In this document: piece by piece, positions 62,058-64,000 of the stretch
Numbering within the stretch: position 1 is the stretch's first letter
Layout of the letters: each line of letters begins with the position of its first letter
Assembly (NCBI RefSeq): GCF_009914755.1
Contig: NC_060936.1
Length of the DNA stretch: 64,000 nt
Source: the human T2T-CHM13v2.0 reference genome, Homo sapiens
Reading direction: 5' to 3' (one strand)
Notes under the pieces: generated by a model
Databases searched by the model: none
Seen by the model: only the letters and a program-made list of their open reading frames with translations
What the model was told of the DNA's origin: nothing
Program-made: the position numbers and the translations under genes

Positions 62058-63965
62058 ATGCCCCGGTGCCCACTCCTCCTACCTCCCCGAGTGTGCCCAC
62101 GGTGCCCGCTCCTCCCACCTCCCGAGTGTGCCCACGGTGCCCGCTCCTCCCACCTCCCGAGTGTGCCCACGGTGCCCACTCCTCCCACCTCCCCGAGTGT
62201 GCCCACGGTGCCCCTCCTCCCACCTCCCGAGTGTGCCCACGGTGCCCGCTCCTCCCACCTCCCCGAGTGTGCCCACGGTGCCCGCTCCTCCCACCTCCCC
62301 GAGTGTGCCCACGGTGCCCACTCCTCCCACCTCCCGAGTGTGCCCACGGTGCCCGCTCCTCCCACCTCCCGAGTGTGCCCCGGTGCCCGCTCCTCCCACC
62401 TCCCCGAGTGTGCCCACGGTGCCCGCTACCTCCCACCTCCCGAGTGTGCCCACGGTGCCCACTCCTCCCACCTCTCCGAGTGTGCCCACGGTGCCCACTC
62501 CTCCCACCTCCCCGAGTGTGCCCACGGTGCCCACTCCTCCCACCTCCCGAGTGTGCCCACGGTGCCCGCTCCTCCCACCTCCCGAGTGTGCCCACGGTGC
62601 CCGCTCCTCCCACCTCCCGAGTATGCCCCGGTGCCCGCTCCTCCCACCTCCCGAGTGTGCCCACGGTGCCCACTCCTCCCACCTCCCCGAGTGTGCCCAC
62701 GGTGCCCGCTACCTCCCACCTCCCGAGTGTGCCCACGGTGCCCGCTCCTCCCACCTCCCGAGTGTGCCCCGGTGCCCGCTCCTCCCACCTCCCGAGTGTG
62801 CCCACGGTGCCCGCTACCTCCCACCTCCCCGAGTGTGCCCACGGTGCCCGCTACCTCCCACCTCCCGAGTGTGCCCACGGTGCCCGCTACCTCCCACCTC
62901 CCGAGTGTGCCCACGGTGCCCACTCCTCCCACCTCCCCGAGTGTGCCCACGGTGCCCGCTCCTCCCACCTCCCGAGTGTGCCCCGGTGCCCGCTCCTCCC
63001 ACCTCCCGAGTGTGCCCACGGTGCCCGCTCCTCCCACCTCCCGAGTGTGCCCACGGTGCCCGCTCCTCCCACCTCCCCGAGTGTGCCCACGGTGCCCGCT
63101 CCTCCCACCTCCCCGAGTGTGCCCACGGTGCCCGCTCCTCCCACCTCCCCGAGTGTGCCCACGGTGCCCGCTCCTCCCACCTCCCGAGTGTGCCCCGGTG
63201 CCCGCTCCTCCCACCTCCCGAGTGTGCCCCGGTGCCCGCTCCTCCCACCTCCCGAGTGTGCCCCGGTGCCCGCTCCTCCCACCTCCCGAGTGTGCCCACG
63301 GTGCCCGCTCCTCCCACCTCCCGAGTGTGCCCCGGTGCCCGCTCCTCCCACCTCCCGAGTGTGCCCCGGTGCCCGCTCCTCCCACCTCCCGAGTGTGCCC
63401 ACGGTGCCCGCTCCTCCCACCTCCCCGAGTGTGCCCACGGTGCCCGCTCCTCCCACCTCCCGAGTGTGCCCCGGTGCCCGCTCCTCCCACCTCCCCGAGT
63501 GTGCCCACGGTGCCCGCTCCTCCCACCTCCCCGAGTGTGCCCACGGTGCCCGCTCCTCCCACCTCCCCGAGTGTGCCCACGGTGCCCGCTCCTCCCACCT
63601 CCCCGAGTGTGCCCACGGTGCCCGCTCCTCCCACCTCCCGAGTGTGCCCCGGTGCCCGCTCCTCCCACCTCCCGAGTGTGCCCCGGTGCCCGCTCCTCCC
63701 ACCTCCCCGAGTGTGCCCACGGTGCCCGCTCCTCCCACCTCCCCGAGTGTGCCCACGGTGCCCGCTCCTCCCACCTCCCGAGTGTGCCCACGGTGCCCGC
63801 TCCTCCCACCTCCCCGAGTGTGCCCACGGTGCCCGCTACCTCCCACCTCCTGAGTGTGCCCACGGTGCCCGCTCCTCCCACCTCCCGAGTGTGCCCACGG
63901 TGCCCGCTCCTCCCACCTCCCCGAGTGTGCCCACGGTGCCCGCTCCTCCCACCTCCCGAGTGTGT
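62058..63965. repeat. GC-rich VNTR, 34-36-bp unit, ~54 copies
   Basis: Unit GAGTGTGCCCACGGTGCCCGCTCCTCCCACCTCCC with +C, -A and CTAC variants. Confidence 0.98.
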
Positions 63966-64000
63966 GGCCAGGCCCACATCTTATGTCTGCGAACCCAGCA

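Noticed and set aside
61811-63977. Long ORFs (680, 402, 387 aa etc.) on both strands
   Set aside because: Products of a nearly stop-free VNTR; frames shift with unit length and no ATG or gene structure supports them.

Overview
Primate (human-like) genomic DNA, Alu-dense and GC-rich, recognisable as the EP400 / EP400P1 (EP400NL) locus; by established knowledge this is human 12q24.33. Positions 1-~7300 hold the last intron, the last coding exon (4241-4513, ...KTPTKPPCQ*) and the 3'UTR of EP400. A CpG-island promoter at ~10.85-11.85 kb starts the tandem paralog EP400P1/EP400NL on the + strand. It has a non-coding exon 1, a large intact exon 2 (428 codons) and two alternative endings that each give a 488-aa protein. 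Downstream lies a colinear series of decayed EP400-like exons: N-terminal and HSA-domain exons at 42.6-49.4 kb, then, with no recognisable ATPase/SANT exons between, C-terminal exons at 52.6-54.6 kb. The paralog therefore looks like a near-whole-gene duplicate with a large internal deletion, plus a probable gene-conversion tract in exon 2. Also present: a PLAC8 processed pseudogene (minus strand, poly-A and TSD), LTR10-like, LTR13-like and MST solo LTRs, an LTR3/HML-6-like LTR+PBS remnant with an intact TSD, many Alus and old L1 pieces, several minisatellites, a 650-bp pure-pyrimidine tract and a ~1.9-kb 35-bp VNTR. All comparisons with EP400, PLAC8 and repeat consensi are from memory and need alignment to confirm. 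Repeat boundaries are approximate. Most ORF-track entries are Alu or low-complexity artefacts.
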